Positions 34,351 through 47,909 of a stretch of DNA of 64,000 nt are shown piece after piece. The notes beneath the pieces are model-generated. The model ran no database searches. It worked only from the letters and a program-made list of their open reading frames with translations, and was not told where the DNA came from. Source of the stretch: Lama glama (taxonomy: Eukaryota); NCBI GenBank assembly GCA_028534125.1, contig CM052816.1, forward strand, positions 56,112,001-56,176,000. The letters are read 5' to 3'. The number at the start of each line of letters is the position of its first letter. The first letter of the stretch is position 1. A program made the position numbers and the translations under genes.

Positions 34351-34439
34351 GTCATGTGGACTTTACTTTGGAGGTTGAGCGCTGCCTAAGAGTGTTGGAT
34401 GGTGCCGTGGCTGTGTTTGATGCCTCTGCTGGTGTAGAG
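34351..34439 (+). CDS. GFM2: GFM2 exon 7
   Basis: [29 protein letters not shown]. Confidence 0.97.
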
Positions 34440-34659
34440 GTAAAAAATATTGCCAGAGTAAAGTGAAGATAGAACAGCATGATTTCACAAAAAGTAGAAT
34501 GTATCAGATTGATTTAACTATAACCTTTTGGTAAGTTCATATAAATTGAACTAGGGTTAAAGGAAGTTGGAATTTAATATTGAGATATGACCTATATATG
34601 ATCTCATCTGTTTCACAGTAAAAGGAAAGTTTACTTTTCTGTAGGAAGTATGAACGTTA

Positions 34660-35158
34660 GTTTTGATAACTCTGAAGAGCCCGAGATTGTACCTTACTTT
34701 CAAGCTAACAAATTAGTCTGTCATCGCTTTATGTATTCTGGCAGAAGACACGAGATTCCTGAGTCAGGGACAAAGGACTTTGTTTGTTAGTCCCTGAAAT
34801 AGCAATATCCAGAGCACCAGCATTTCCTTGTGTTGGTTCCTCAAGCCCTAAGTCCCATAGGGTGACAAAGGGAAGTCAGGTGACAGCTGCGCATGCAGTG
34901 GAACCTTGTGCTTAGAGAATGGAAATATTTTATAATGGGTAGTAAGCATGCTTACTCTTTGCTCTGAAGGGAGACATTGTCTTCCAAGGTTGCAAGCCAA
35001 CCTACCATTTGCTCTGGAGGGAGACACTGTCTCTGTCTTTCTAAGCTGTTCACTGTACAGACATCTTTGCAAAAAATAGTGCAGAATAAAGGCAGTCAGT
35101 GCCTCTCTAAACAAAACATGGAGAAATGCGAGTGAATCGTGAAGAATTTTCTCCCAAA
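34660..35158 (-). mobile_element. Solo LTR, LTR40-like (ERVL)
   Basis: Minus strand ttgggagaaaattc...gaggcactgactgcc...gtgtctccctccagagcaaa resembles recalled LTR40. Confidence 0.65.
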
Positions 35159-36429
35159 ACTTAATGTAAAGCTCCTTGGATAAATCCTGAAAATAGGTTC
35201 ATAATAAATTTTTGCCACTGGGGTCAGCTATGCTCTCTTTAGCTGGTACCCCATTTGCCTTACAATCTCAAGATTGGCTTTAATATCCTCCCTCCCACCA
35301 CCACACCCAAAACTTAGTTTGGAATGGATCATAGTGTTAAGCTATATCTGTATATTTTCTAAAGGAAAAATAAAGTATCTTCATAACCTTGGGTGATAGG
35401 TAACAGTTTCTCAAGACACAAGAAACATAAAGCAAAGTTGATTCATTGGACCTTATCAAAATTACATATTTGAAACTGAAAAATAAAAAGGCAAGCCTTA
35501 GACTGTGAGAAAATATGTAGCATTAAATAAAATATATGAATATTAAATTTCCAGAGTGCAGTAACACTTGATTACGTAGAGAATATCACTGTCTTAGGAA
35601 GTATGTGCTAACATTTTCACAGAACATGTTTGTGATCAATCCAGTATATATGAAGAACTACATATCAATAATAAAAACTAACGCCCCGATTAAAAAGTAC
35701 ACAAAGGACTTGAATGAATAGATACTTCACCAAAGAAGACATGTGAGTGTCCAGTAAGCACATGACAGGATGCTCAGTCTCATTGGTCATTAGGGAAATG
35801 TAAATTAAAATTACAAAGAGAGGCTGTTTTATACCCATAAGAATGGCTAAAATTAAAAAGAATGATGGCAAATCTTGGTTGAGGATGTAGAGTAAGTGAA
35901 ACTCTTAGATATTGTTGGTGGAACTGTAAAATACTATAACCACTTTGGAAGACTATTTGGCAGTTTCTTATAAATATACACTTGTTCTATAACCCAGCAG
36001 TTCTACTCTTCTGTTTTTATCCAAATAAATGAAAACATTTACCTACCAGAGATTTGTGCGCAATGTTTATAGCAGCTAAATTCTTAATTGCCTCAAACTA
36101 GAAATAGCCCAAGTGCACATCCAGATGTGGATAGAAAAACTGGTACATTTGTGTAAAGGAACTTAACAATAAAAATGAATGAATCAGTATACCCAACAAC
36201 ATGAATGAATGTCAGAGACGTTATGTTGAGTGAAAGAAGCCATACCATTTACATGAAGTTCAAAAATTGGCAGAATCTATGGTGACAAATCAAAAGAGGT
36301 TGCCATGGTTGTGTGGGATATAAGAAAAATCTATCATGTTGTGTATGTTCTGTCTCTTGATTGGGGTAATAGTTATCACCAGTATGTAGATTTATAAAAA
36401 TTTATTGAGCTGTACACTTAAAATCTGTA

Positions 36430-36630
36430 CAGTTGACCCTTGAGCAAGATGGGTTTGAACTTTGTGGGTCCACTTATACATGGATTTTTTTCACTAAGTA
36501 CAGACTACTGAACTACATAATCCATTATTGGTTGAATCCACGGATGCAGAACTGCAGATGGGAAGGGCCGCTTGTAAAGTTTTAAGAGGATTTTTGAGTT
36601 TGCAGGAATTGGTACCCCTAACCCTTGTGC
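36430..36630 (+). mobile_element. Tigger2-family MITE inside old L1
   Basis: ta|cagttgacccttgagcaa terminus. Confidence 0.7.
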
Positions 36631-36675
36631 TGTATTTTATCATATAAGTATATTTTACCCACTAAAACAAATTAT

Positions 36676-36790
36676 GGGGGGAGGATGTAGCTCAGTGGTA
36701 GAGTACGTGCATGCATGAGGTCTTAGGCTCAATCCCCAGTGCCTCCATTGAAAAATAAATTAATAAACGTAATTACCTCCCCCCTGCGAA
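36676..36790 (+). mobile_element. tRNA-Ala-derived SINE (vic-1-like)
   Basis: ggatgtagctcagtggtagag...ggctcaatccccagtgcctcca head, A-rich then C-rich tail. Confidence 0.85.
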
Positions 36791-37684
36791 CCTCCCCCTG
36801 GAAAATGACAAACTGGCTTCTATTTTAACTAATGTCAGCACATGAGGCTTTTGATGCTCTACTTCTGGGCTCTTGGACTCCACTAGTCACACTATTTATA
36901 TTTAACATGTATAGAAAGTGGAATTAAAAGAGGCTAAATAGAAAAGCATGTGAGGATTGCAACTTAGCAATACAGATATTGGCTTCTTTTTTACCCTTAA
37001 ATCCTCTTCAGTTTACATGAACATCCAAATATTCACAGTACAAATACCTGATTTTTATCACAGTAGTATCTTTATAATACCCTCTTTTCTGTTCCTGTCT
37101 GAATTAAGGCAAAAGTCCATATTTCACAGAGCAGAAAACTGATTAGTTCAGTATTGTGAGACGTGTACTAGGTGAGGTGAAGCCAAACAAAAAGTAGGTC
37201 TTCTAATAAATCCCCCAAAATATTAACAGTGGTCATATCCTGGTGTGGAATTACAGATGATTTTAATCTCTTGCTTGTGCAGTTCTCTATTGTACAAATG
37301 TTCTATAGTGTACATCAATTACTTGTTCTGTCAATTCATTTTTGAAAAATTTAAAGAAAAAGTAGGTCTTCTAGTTCTTCGTTAAGTCCCATTTCTGTGT
37401 CTCCTAGTACATCACAGTTGTTAATTCCCTTTGTGTTGCGTCCGAGTTCACCTAAAGTATTATTCTCAGTTTGAAGCACAATCTTCAGTCATACTTGATC
37501 ACATTCTTAGCTGTTTTAACCTGATAGTGTAAGAGTGGGTCTAGAGGTATATGTGCAGTGACACTAACTCTGTGCTATAACAGGGCCCAATTCCATGTTG
37601 TAGAGCCTTAGATTTGCTTGTTCAATGTGTAGTAACCTAGTTATTTTTGTTTAATGTGTGTTTTTTTCCTTATCTTTGCTTCAG

Positions 37685-37773
37685 GCACAAACTCTCACAG
37701 TGTGGAGGCAAGCTGATAAACACAAGATACCTCGAATCTGTTTTTTAAACAAGATGGACAAAATTGGAGCAAG
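37685..37773 (+). CDS. GFM2: GFM2 exon 8
   Basis: [29 protein letters not shown] (G4 NKMD). Confidence 0.97.
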
Positions 37774-37828
37774 GTATTTAAAGTCTGTTTCTTTGGCTCA
37801 TCAAAGTAAGAATGCAGTTTGAGCTTTT

Positions 37829-37964
37829 TTTTTTTTTAACTTTTTTTTAACATTTTTTTAATCGAGTTACAGTCATTTTACAATGTATCAAATTCCAGTG
37901 TAGAGCACAATTTTTCAGTTATGCGTGAACATACATATATTCATTGTCACATTTTTTTTCACTG
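37829..37964 (-). mobile_element. Young truncated L1 3' end
   Basis: Poly-T; 16-bp TSD tgcagtttgagctttt at 37813 and 37965. Confidence 0.85.
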
Positions 37965-39441
37965 TGCAGTTTGAGCTTTTAATGGACTATAACTTAAATT
38001 TAGAAATAGTATTCCCTATAGAGGATAAATATTCCATGGACTCCCAGTTCAATCCTTTTTTAGAAAAATTTCAGAGCCGCTAACTCATAGCTTAAGTACC
38101 AACCTGTGGGATTAAAGAGAGCTGATAGATGATTGATCATTCTGATTCTGATGTAGAGAGGCTATGTCCTAGTTTCTAGGGTCCTGACAGTGATGTCTTG
38201 CTGATTCCACTGGTTTTATTTAGAGCGGTATGGTATAGCCCTTATATTGATGAACATTACAGTGCTCCCTGTCATTGCCAAAGGTAGAGGGGTTGCCTCA
38301 GAGAACAATGTTCTTCCTTGTCCCCTGATTTTCTTTAGCTACTAGGTAAAATGCTCTCAACAAAAGGAAACTAGGAGAGGAGAAGATGTTTTGAAACCTA
38401 CGGGTAGGACAAAAGTTAATGCTGAGACGTAGTCATAATACTCCAGACTTATAGAGTGATATTCCAAAATGGATATGCTATCTGAGAGCAGAATTCAGAA
38501 AATCAATAGTGTATGAAGGATTTGGAGAAAATGTGAAAGGGCGAAAATTAAGAATACAAAGGATTGTGGGGAAATGTGATAGGGAGAGATCCTAGTCTGT
38601 GATATGAGAGTGGCCATGGGAAAACATAAACTATGCTTCTCCTAATACCACACTGTGTGCTTTGTGTTTCTGTAACTCTCTGCAGTAATTCTAAGGCTAC
38701 TGGCTTAAAGGACTTTTGTTTTGATTAGTAGAAGCATAGCACCCTTACAATGTGCTAGGCTAAGTTTCTGACACTTTTCTGTTTGGAGTTCCTTGAGGTA
38801 GATGGAAGTACTACCTGTACTGACTGACAGCACCTATGTTGATGGGGAGGGAGGTTCTCAAAGGCTGGTTTGAGAACTAGGCTGGTTCTCAAAGACAGAA
38901 CCGGAATGGTCTGCATATGTATATGAATCAGCCCATGTGCCAAGATGGCATGGGGGTCCGTAGGTAGCCAACTCTAGTATTAGCACAGAAATGAACAATG
39001 TAGCATGTGAGATTACGAATGTCTAAGATAAAAGTGTAGAAAAATTAGTCAGACTGGCCTTTGGAAGAAAGTGGGTAGCCATGTGTGATAACAAATGTAG
39101 TTTTTAGAGGAAAGAATCTTTGGGAATCACACATCTTGCGTTTGAATCCTAACTCCAATTTATTATCTGTGACCTTGATCAATTCATTTAACATTAACCT
39201 CAAACTTTAGTTAAATGAAGTTCACAATAATAATAGTACCTTAAATATCTGTGGGGCAGAATTATGGTAGATAATCACTGATATCTGAAATCAACATTCG
39301 AAGTTTTGACGATACTGACCTGTGGAAAACTGTAAATGGTGAACATTAAGGATAATAAAAAGGGTTATAATTTTGGAGAACATTCTTAAATCCTGTTTTA
39401 AGAATTTTAACATTTTAAACTAATTATTTTGCTTTCTACAG

Positions 39442-39502
39442 TTTTAACTATGCAGTTGAAAGCATCAGAGAGAAGTTGAAGGCAAAGCCTTTGCTTTTAC
39501 AG
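39442..39502 (+). CDS. GFM2: GFM2 exon 9
   Basis: FNYAVESIREKLKAKPLLLQ. Confidence 0.96.
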
Positions 39503-39756
39503 GTTGGTTGATTAATAGCAATAACTGCTCAGTGTCCTCATCAATTTATTTTATTGTGACATACTAAACATTTTTGAACTATGTCAGATTCTTTTTGGAA
39601 AAAATTAGGATATAAATAAAAATAGGTATAGATTATGGTAATAATAAGAGACATTTTGGGGGAGGGATTGGGGAAAGACAAATTTTATCACCATTGCAGT
39701 TCTAATTGAGTTCTAATGATCATTTAATAAAATGTTAATCTCATTCTGGCTTATAG

Positions 39757-39936
39757 TTACCAATTGGTGAAGCCAAAACTTTCAAAGGAGTGGTGGATGT
39801 AGTATGTAAAGAGAAACTTATTTGGAGTCCCAAATCAGATGATGGAAAAGACTTTGAGAGAAAACCCCTCTTGGAAATGAGTGATCCTAAATTGCTGAAG
39901 GAGACAACGGAAGCAAGGAATGCCTTAATTGAACAA
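39757..39936 (+). CDS. GFM2: GFM2 exon 10
   Basis: [16 protein letters not shown]...EARNALIEQ. Confidence 0.96.
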
Positions 39937-41484
39937 GTAAAATAAATACTTTGAGTTTAAAATCATATAAATATTTATAAACGTTAAAAATACTTACTGT
40001 GAAGTTTCATGTAAAGTTGCATATGGAATATGCAAAGTATAATGAATAACACAGCGAACACCAGTGTAATCACCACCTAGCTTAAGAAATAGATTATTAG
40101 CAATACTCTTGCATCTCTGTGTGCTACTTCCTGTTCTTTCCCTTCCACTAATCATCTACACTCCCGTGTTGATTGCAGTGTTTAGCTTTCATTTGCTTTC
40201 TTTTATAGTTTACTGCAAATGTATACCTAGAGAACTTAGCTTTCCATGGTCTGAATTTTACTTAAATGGAATGATACTGTTTATATCTCATTACATTTCT
40301 CAGTATCATGTTTGAGATTCGTTCATGTGTTATTGCATTCATTTTCAGTCTTCTGTAGTGTTCCAGTGTATGATTATCCCACAATTTATTGTCTGTTCTC
40401 TTGTGGATGGACTTTGAGATGGTTTTCTCTTTGCTGTTAGAAACAGTGTTGCTGTGAACATCTTGGTGTGTATCTCTGCACACATGTGCAGGAATTTGTT
40501 AAATGTAGGAGTGGAATTGCTAGGTCAAAGGGTGTGTCCGCTTTTTACATTAGCAGATGTCACATTATTTAGAAAATTTTAAAATAATCAATTTTATACT
40601 TAATATATAACTCTGGACCTCATCCACCTTCTAAATTTTAATACAAAGCAGTAAGAGTGTTAATATTTATAATATTTATATGATATTGTCAGTGGATAGA
40701 GCAATAAGTAAAACATACTCTGTACAAACTCCCAGATTCTTGTAGTCGAGAAAAGCATGAGTCCGAATCCTTTGATTTTTACACTTCTAAATTGATCTGA
40801 GCAAAATAGATCCACTCATCATTAATTTTTTCATTCCTCTTTATATGAAGTTATTTTTAAAGTGATTATTTTCCATTATAATATATAGTAGTCATCAACT
40901 TTATCATCAGTATAGTAATGATTGTTGTTATTGTATTATTGAATAATAGTTGTTGAGGACCTCCTAGGATCTAGCATAAGTGCTCTACATGTATTACTTG
41001 GTCATCCTGGCAACCTGTAGTATCCCCATTTTGTAGGTGAGGAAACAGAGGCTTAACAGTGTTTCAATAAGTTGTCATAAAGGTAATAAGCAGCAGAGCT
41101 GGAATCTGTCTCAGTTTGGCGCTAGAGCTGTTATCTGTTCTGCTGTTACTGCTTCTCTAATTTGGAGGGGCTTAAAAGAATATAAGTGGAATTGACATTC
41201 ATTAATCAATAATTGGTTACGTAATTGGTTCCCCTTTGAGGGTTTTGTTTTGTTTTGTCTTATACAGAGTAGTGACCCTAAATTGCTGCCTAAACCTCAG
41301 AATAAACCTAAGAAGGATTTTTGTACTCTGGTTGAGGAGCCAACATATACTTGCATATATATCCCCTGTTGTTCCAGGACAAGGTAGTATATAATAAAAA
41401 TAAAGAAAATTTGAGACAATCAGATAATAATAAGGTGATGATTACAAGGAATACATATGTATGTGTAGAACTAGAGAATAAGAC

Positions 41485-42170
41485 CACATCACACCTCTTA
41501 GGATACCTACTGTCAAAAAAACAGAACATAAGTTTTGGCAAGGATGTGGAGAAATTGCAGTCCTTATGCACTGTTGGTAGGAATGAAAATGGTGCAACTA
41601 CTGTGGAAAACAGTATCATGGCTCCTCAGAAAATTTAAAATAGAATTACCATATGATCTAGCAATTCTACTTTTGGGCATAAATCCAAAATAATTGAAAG
41701 CAAGGTCTCAAAAAGCTATTTGTACATCCTTGTGCACAGCAGCAGTATTCACAATAGCCAAAAGGTAGAAGCAACCCAAGTGTTCATCAGCAGATGAGTG
41801 GATAAACAAAATGTGCTATATTTTATTCAGCCTTAATAAGGAAGGAAGTTTTAACATGCCACAATGTGGATGAACTTTAAGGACATTATGCTAATTGAAA
41901 TAAGCTAATTACGAAAAGATACTGTATGACTTCCCTTACATAAGGTATCTAGAATCCTCAACTTTATAGAGACAAAAAGTAGAGCTGGAGTTGGGGACAA
42001 TGAAGAAGAGTTGTTTCATGGGTATAGAGTTTTAGTTTTGTGATATGAGAAAATTCTGGAGATTAGTTTTACAACAGTGTGAATGTACTTAACACTACTT
42101 AACTGTTCACTTAGAAATGGTTAAGATGGTAAATTTTATGTTTGTTATATTTTACCACAATTAAAAAATT
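41485..42170 (+). mobile_element. Old L1M (ORF2 end + 3'UTR)
   Basis: Translates GKDVEKLQSLCTVGRNENGAT (ORF2 C-terminus-like). Confidence 0.8.
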
Positions 42171-43165
42171 TTTTTAAATTAGAGAATAAGATTAGTGTGG
42201 ACCAGAAGCAACTTTGTGTTCTAAAAGTGAATAGTGATGAAAACCATACTTACTGTATACTTGACCGATGTTCTGGAAGCATAGTTTGAATTAGTTAACT
42301 TCACAGCAGCCCCAAGGGTAAGTACTAGTATTATCTCCATGAGTAACCAAGGCAAAGAGAGGTGAGTAACTTGACGAAAGTTTTTTTGAACAAATTTGTA
42401 AGTAGCAGAGCCATTTTCAGACAGTTTGACTCCAAAAGCTGTGCTTAACCTTGCTGCTTTTTGGAAGGATGGTTGGGTACATTTCTGCTATAGTTAGCTG
42501 TTAAAAATGTGTTTTTCTCACCAAGTTTGAATGTTTTGCTCCTTTGTACTCTTACAAACTTTTGAAACTTATTAATTTTATTGTCAGCTGAATTCTCCTG
42601 TCATATATAGGCAGATGATTATGAAAAGAACATGAATTAGAGCATTTTTATTGTTGAAATGGTACCATAATCCCCTCAACTTAAATTTATTCCCTCAGTG
42701 AAGGATTACAAACAAGATCAGTTCTTTTACTTTGTCTTAGGAGATCTGGTGAATGTTCAAAATATTAGACAACTACCAATTATAACTTTTTTTTAATAAA
42801 CTAAGATTTCCCCCAATTTATCTAGAAACAGCAGTCCATTGTATATATTATTGGCTCTGAATTGTGGGTTTTCTTTTATTTCTTTTGAGTACTCAGAGTA
42901 GGTAGCACTTTATTGAGCTGCTTTATCTGACTATAGATTCCCATGAGTTTAGGAAACTAATGAGCATGTATCTTCAGTTTTCAGTTTCTTTTTCTTTGAA
43001 AGAATAACTCTTTATCTCTTTAGAAAATGCGAAGAGTTCCTTGGCCTGGATAAGTTACGTTGTGTGGCTTGAAATCTTTGGACAATGTGTATTTATGGTA
43101 TATAGACTTAAGTTAATAGTTGTGACAATGCATGCAAATTATAGAACTAAAGCCTTTCTTTATAG

Positions 43166-43246
43166 GTTGCAGATTTGGATGATGAATTTGCTGACTTGGT
43201 TCTAGGAGAATTTAGTGAAAATTTTGATTTGCTACCAGCTGAAAAG
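43166..43246 (+). CDS. GFM2: GFM2 exon 11
   Basis: [27 protein letters not shown]. Confidence 0.96.
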
Positions 43247-44576
43247 GTATATTTTATTCATTTACTTTGACCAAGTTTTACTGATTGGATGTGATTTGAT
43301 TTCTCTGTTGTAGGGGTGTGTGTGTGTGTTTGTTTTCAACTTTGCATAACATTAGAAAATGTAGACTTAAAAATTAGGAGAACACTGTTAAAAATTAGAG
43401 AACATTGTCCATTCGCTGCAGTCTTTTCTCTTCATTGTGATTCTTTAGTTTTAGGAAAGTCACAGAAAAAAAAATTTTTTTTTTAATTTACTGTCTTTCA
43501 GACTACTACCATGATCATTTTTCTCAGAACATTTTTCCTGAATCTGTTTTAATTGTTAGTGGAAACTTATTGCAAGTCTTTCCTTTTTTTTGGTTTTCTT
43601 TTGAAGTACATTAAACCAGAGAATAACCGAGTAAAATACTGATAGTATTTCAATTATGACAGATTTCTTCAAGGCATTTCTGGTTTTTTCTGTCAGGGAC
43701 TTTCCCCTGTGAAAAGTGTTTTTAAGTAGTAATATGTGTTATATTTTTAAATGGGCTCTAGGATGAACTCAGCAAATTCACTTGGTTATTTTTCATGAAA
43801 AGAATGAAAGAAAAACACAAGATCTGTAGATCAATTTCGAGCCATTTGAAGTTAGAGGTGAAAAAAATGATTTTTTTTCTTTTGAATGAAATGCCATAAT
43901 TTTGAATTTTTTTCTTGTTTAGTAATTGAGTGCTTAAATGTGGTGTTTATTATGCCCTATAGTCATATAACATGATACCTGCTTTCAAAGAGGTTACAGT
44001 CTAAAATGAGATTGACCTACCATCTCTCTTATCAATAGCTTGCAAGCACATGTTAGCTTTTCTTGGTTTTGAGGTCTTATAAAAATGGTTTTTACTTTAA
44101 TACCTCATTTTCCTTTGGATTTTATTTGATGTGGATTTAATTCATTTGAAGAAATTGCTAACTCATATTTATATTTCTAACTTTCAACCAGTTACTCTAT
44201 TGGATTATCAAGGTTAAATCACAAGTATATTAATTCACTTATTTAAGAAATATTTTTATGCACCTACTTTATTTTAAGCACTTTTCTAGTTTCAGGTGGT
44301 TTAGCAGTGTTTTTATGAGACTTAACTATAATGTTTGTATGGATTTTGTATTCTAGTAGATAGACAGTGAACTAATAAATACATATCTAATGTACCAGGT
44401 AGTGATTAATATTATTTACAATGAAAAATAAAGAAGAATAAGACCATAAAGAATGATGAAAGTGTTCTGAGGAGTGCTGTTTCATGTGGTTGGTTAGGGA
44501 AGGCATCTAATTTTGAGGTATTTTGGCTGAGACCAGTATACTGCACATAAAACACTTACATATCTCTGCTTCGTAG

Positions 44577-44725
44577 CTACAAACTGCTATACGCAGAGTA
44601 ACACTGGCTCAGACAGCAGTGCCTGTACTTTGTGGAAGTGCCCTGAAAAACAAAGGCGTCCAGCCCTTGCTAGATGCTATTACCATGTACTTGCCTTCAC
44701 CTGAAGAGCGCAACTATGAATTTCT
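44577..44725 (+). CDS. GFM2: GFM2 exon 12
   Basis: [34 protein letters not shown]...(G5). Confidence 0.96.
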
Positions 44726-45527
44726 GTAAGTATGCAAGTGCATAGATTAAAATCTTACAGCCTTGAAAAGACAGGTAGGCACACAGGTCATGCTTCACAA
44801 AGAGAAGTTGAATCACCATTCTTGAATAGCATTGGTAAAGAGTATTACTGTAAATAACATAATGTACAGCCATAGTGATTTTTACTTGAAAGGGACATTT
44901 GTCATCATCTTTTGTAACCTGCTGTGTTTACAGATGGAGCTAAGAATGTGTGGCTCTTTTGCTGTATAAAAGTAAGTGTTGAGCCTGCCATCTTAGTTTA
45001 AAAATAAAAGGCAGTATACTGGGGATGTTTGATGAATATGCTATAGATATGTTTACATTTATTCTAGATTTCAAGATTTTTTCATAAGCTCAAAATATTT
45101 TTGACTGTAAGGACGGTCCATTGCTTTACTATTGTCTCTGTCAGCTTTGTCCTTGATAGTAAGTGGTCTAAAATCTGAGTGAGTTCTGTGCAAAATGGCA
45201 GACAGAGGTAGACTGTAATCTTATTAACTAGCACATTGATCACTTTTCATCTCTCCCAGTTGGAGAGGCATTATGATGAAGTTATGAGCATGGACTATGT
45301 ACTACCTGATTTAAATCTCAGGTCTTCCAGGTTGCTTAGCCTCTCATCTATAAAATGCAGCGAGTAAGACTTATCTCATAGGACTGTTATAATATGAGAC
45401 AAATGAGCTAATATGTATAAAATATTTATAGAACAGTGCCTAGTATATTGTAAACTCTCTGTATAAGGATTTGTTAAAGTTAAACCTCGGAGAGAATAGG
45501 AATAAGATTTGAGAAGTTCTGTAACCT

Positions 45528-45920
45528 TAAATGAAGTAAGCCAGAAAGAGAAAGAAAAATAACCATGTGATACCACTCATATGTGGAATCTAAAGGAAAA
45601 AAAAGACAAATGAACTTACATATAAAACAGAAACAGACTCACAGACATAGAATACAGACTTGTGGTTGCCAGGAGGGAGGGGGGTGGGATGGGATAAACT
45701 GGGAGTTTGAGAATGCAGATACTGACTGGTATATATAAAACAGATAAACAAGTTTATACTGTATAGCACAGGGAACTATATTCAGTATCTTGTAGTAGCT
45801 TATGGTGAAAAAGAATACGAAAATGAATATATGTATATTCATGTATGACTGAAGAATTGTGCTGTATACCAGAAATTGACACAACATTGTAAATTGACTG
45901 TACTTCAGTTAAAAAAAAAG
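45528..45920 (+). mobile_element. Lineage-specific L1 3' end
   Basis: L1 3'UTR ending tgactgtacttcagtt(A)n. Confidence 0.8.
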
Positions 45921-46539
45921 AAGTGTCTAACCTACTTTGAGTCATGGACTCCTTTTAAAGTAGTGAAAATATGGAGCTTTTCCTCAGAAAGATGTACTTA
46001 TACACAAAATTTGGTAATTTCAGAGGGATTCAAACTTTCTGAAACCAATCAGTGAACACCAGTTTAAGGATGTCATTCTGTAGGTGTTGACTGTGTAAAC
46101 AAGTTCAAGTTTATAGTGTGGATTTAAATGACTATGCAGCTGAAGAGAAAGTGGGAGGAGAAAGTGAAGGCAATAGTTGGAAGTACCTATTTGTTTACTT
46201 ACTCTGTACAGTTTTTAAAGTGGTGTGATGTTCCTAGGTATATTTTTTGAGGAAGGAGTTCTTTGCAAGAATTATTTGCTGATAGAGATAATGTTTGGAA
46301 GAGAATCCATTGTTTTTAGTTTTGAGAAATTAATGGTAAGATCTCCATTAAATAACTTTGTCTAGTGGAAGAAGAGAGTTACATAATGTATTATTTAATT
46401 GGCCTGGGTAGCTAAACTAGAAGATAAGAGAAATCTTTGGAGGACATCAGAGTTAAGTTAGTGCACTGATTCTGATCTGTATAGACACATAGGAAGTGTA
46501 TTTTAAAGGCTTTTCTGAAATTTCTCCTTAATTTTCTAG

Positions 46540-46680
46540 GCAGTGGTACAAGGGTGACTTATGTGCACTGGCATTTAAAGTTCTCCATGACAGGCAGCGA
46601 GGACCACTGGTTTTTATGCGCATTTACTCAGGCATGATAAAACCCCAGTTGGCTGTCCATAATATTAATGGAAACTGCAC
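46540..46680 (+). CDS. GFM2: GFM2 exon 13
   Basis: [31 protein letters not shown] (domain II). Confidence 0.96.
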
Positions 46681-46763
46681 GTAAGTAGAAGCCTAGGTTA
46701 TTTTCTAAAACTTCACTCATTTCTTTAAAAGTACTTTTACTAATTTAAACCATGGTTTTACAG

Positions 46764-46863
46764 GGAGAGAATAAGTCGTCTGCTTTTGCCATTTGCTGAC
46801 CAACATGTAGAAATCCCTTCACTGACTGCTGGTAACATTGCTTTGACTGTTGGGCTTAAACAC
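46764..46863 (+). CDS. GFM2: GFM2 exon 14
   Basis: [33 protein letters not shown]; 83-nt intron upstream. Confidence 0.96.
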
Positions 46864-47028
46864 GTAAGTGACCAAATGGTTTCTCTTAAAAATAACAGCT
46901 TGATTGTTTAATTAAAAGTAGATATTTTGTATTAGCAGAAACCTGTAAACAATCCCAAAGCTATCAATAGTGGAATAATGAATACTGTAGCATATTTATC
47001 AACATGGTTGAGTCTCAAACATTTATTG

Positions 47029-47139
47029 CGGGGGAGGAAGGTATAGGTTTTTTTTTTTCTTATGGAGGCACTGGGGATTGAACCCAGGACCTTGTGCATG
47101 TCAAGCATGCACTCTACCACTGAGCTATACCCTTCCCCT
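47029..47139 (-). mobile_element. tRNA-Ala-derived SINE (vic-1-like)
   Basis: Minus-strand head gggtatagctcagtggtagagtgcatgc; flanking tcaaac[a/g]ttta repeat. Confidence 0.85.
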
Positions 47140-47719
47140 TCAAACGTTTAATAAGAAAGAAAAAAATATAAATTATAGAAGACACTAAGCAGTATTAATT
47201 GTATTCATGTAAAGTTCAAATCTAAGTAAAATAATACATTATTTATGGATACATACATATGTTTTAAGTTTATATAAAATAATACTATTCCCATCGGGGT
47301 TTTTTTTTTTCCTCTATCTTGATTGTTGCAGACAATTTAGTCTAACTTTATAATTGATCAGGTAGAAAGCAAAGATATTTTGCCAGTGAAATCCCCATAA
47401 AGGCAAGGATTTTTGTCTCTTGTTCTTTTATCTCTTTTGTTCAAAGATACATTTGTTTTGCGAGATGAATTTTGAATGTATTTTGTGTGTGTGTGTTATT
47501 AGAATTTATTACAGCAGTGTTTTGGATAGAGTTCTTGTAGAAGTTAAGTTAGCTTTACCTATGCAAAGTTGTAATGAGCTTTATAAATGTCTCTCCCTTT
47601 TAAGTTCTGATGAAAAGAAAGTACCACATTAAAATTTTTCTTTGGTTTTTGTGGTTCTCATTGGAAGCTGAGTGTTCGCCAGTAGTCAGTTTTGTCCCAA
47701 GGCATCTTGTTTGTTGCAG

Positions 47720-47909
47720 ACTGCCACTGGAGACACCATTGTCTCATCCAAGTCCAGCGCGTTAGCTGCAGCTCGTCGAGCCGAAAGGGAGGGAGGAAAG
47801 AAGCACAGACAGAACAGTGAAGCAGAGAGGCTTTTACTGGCTGGGGTGGAGATTCCAGAACCTGTTTTCTTCTGTACCATAGAACCACCTTCAGTGGCTA
47901 AACAGCCAG
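47720..47909 (+). CDS. GFM2: GFM2 exon 15
   Basis: [22 protein letters not shown]...[18 protein letters not shown]. Confidence 0.96.

Noticed and set aside
36676..36750. tRNA-Ala gene
   Set aside because: Degenerate anticodon arm and a SINE tail; three related copies in the window
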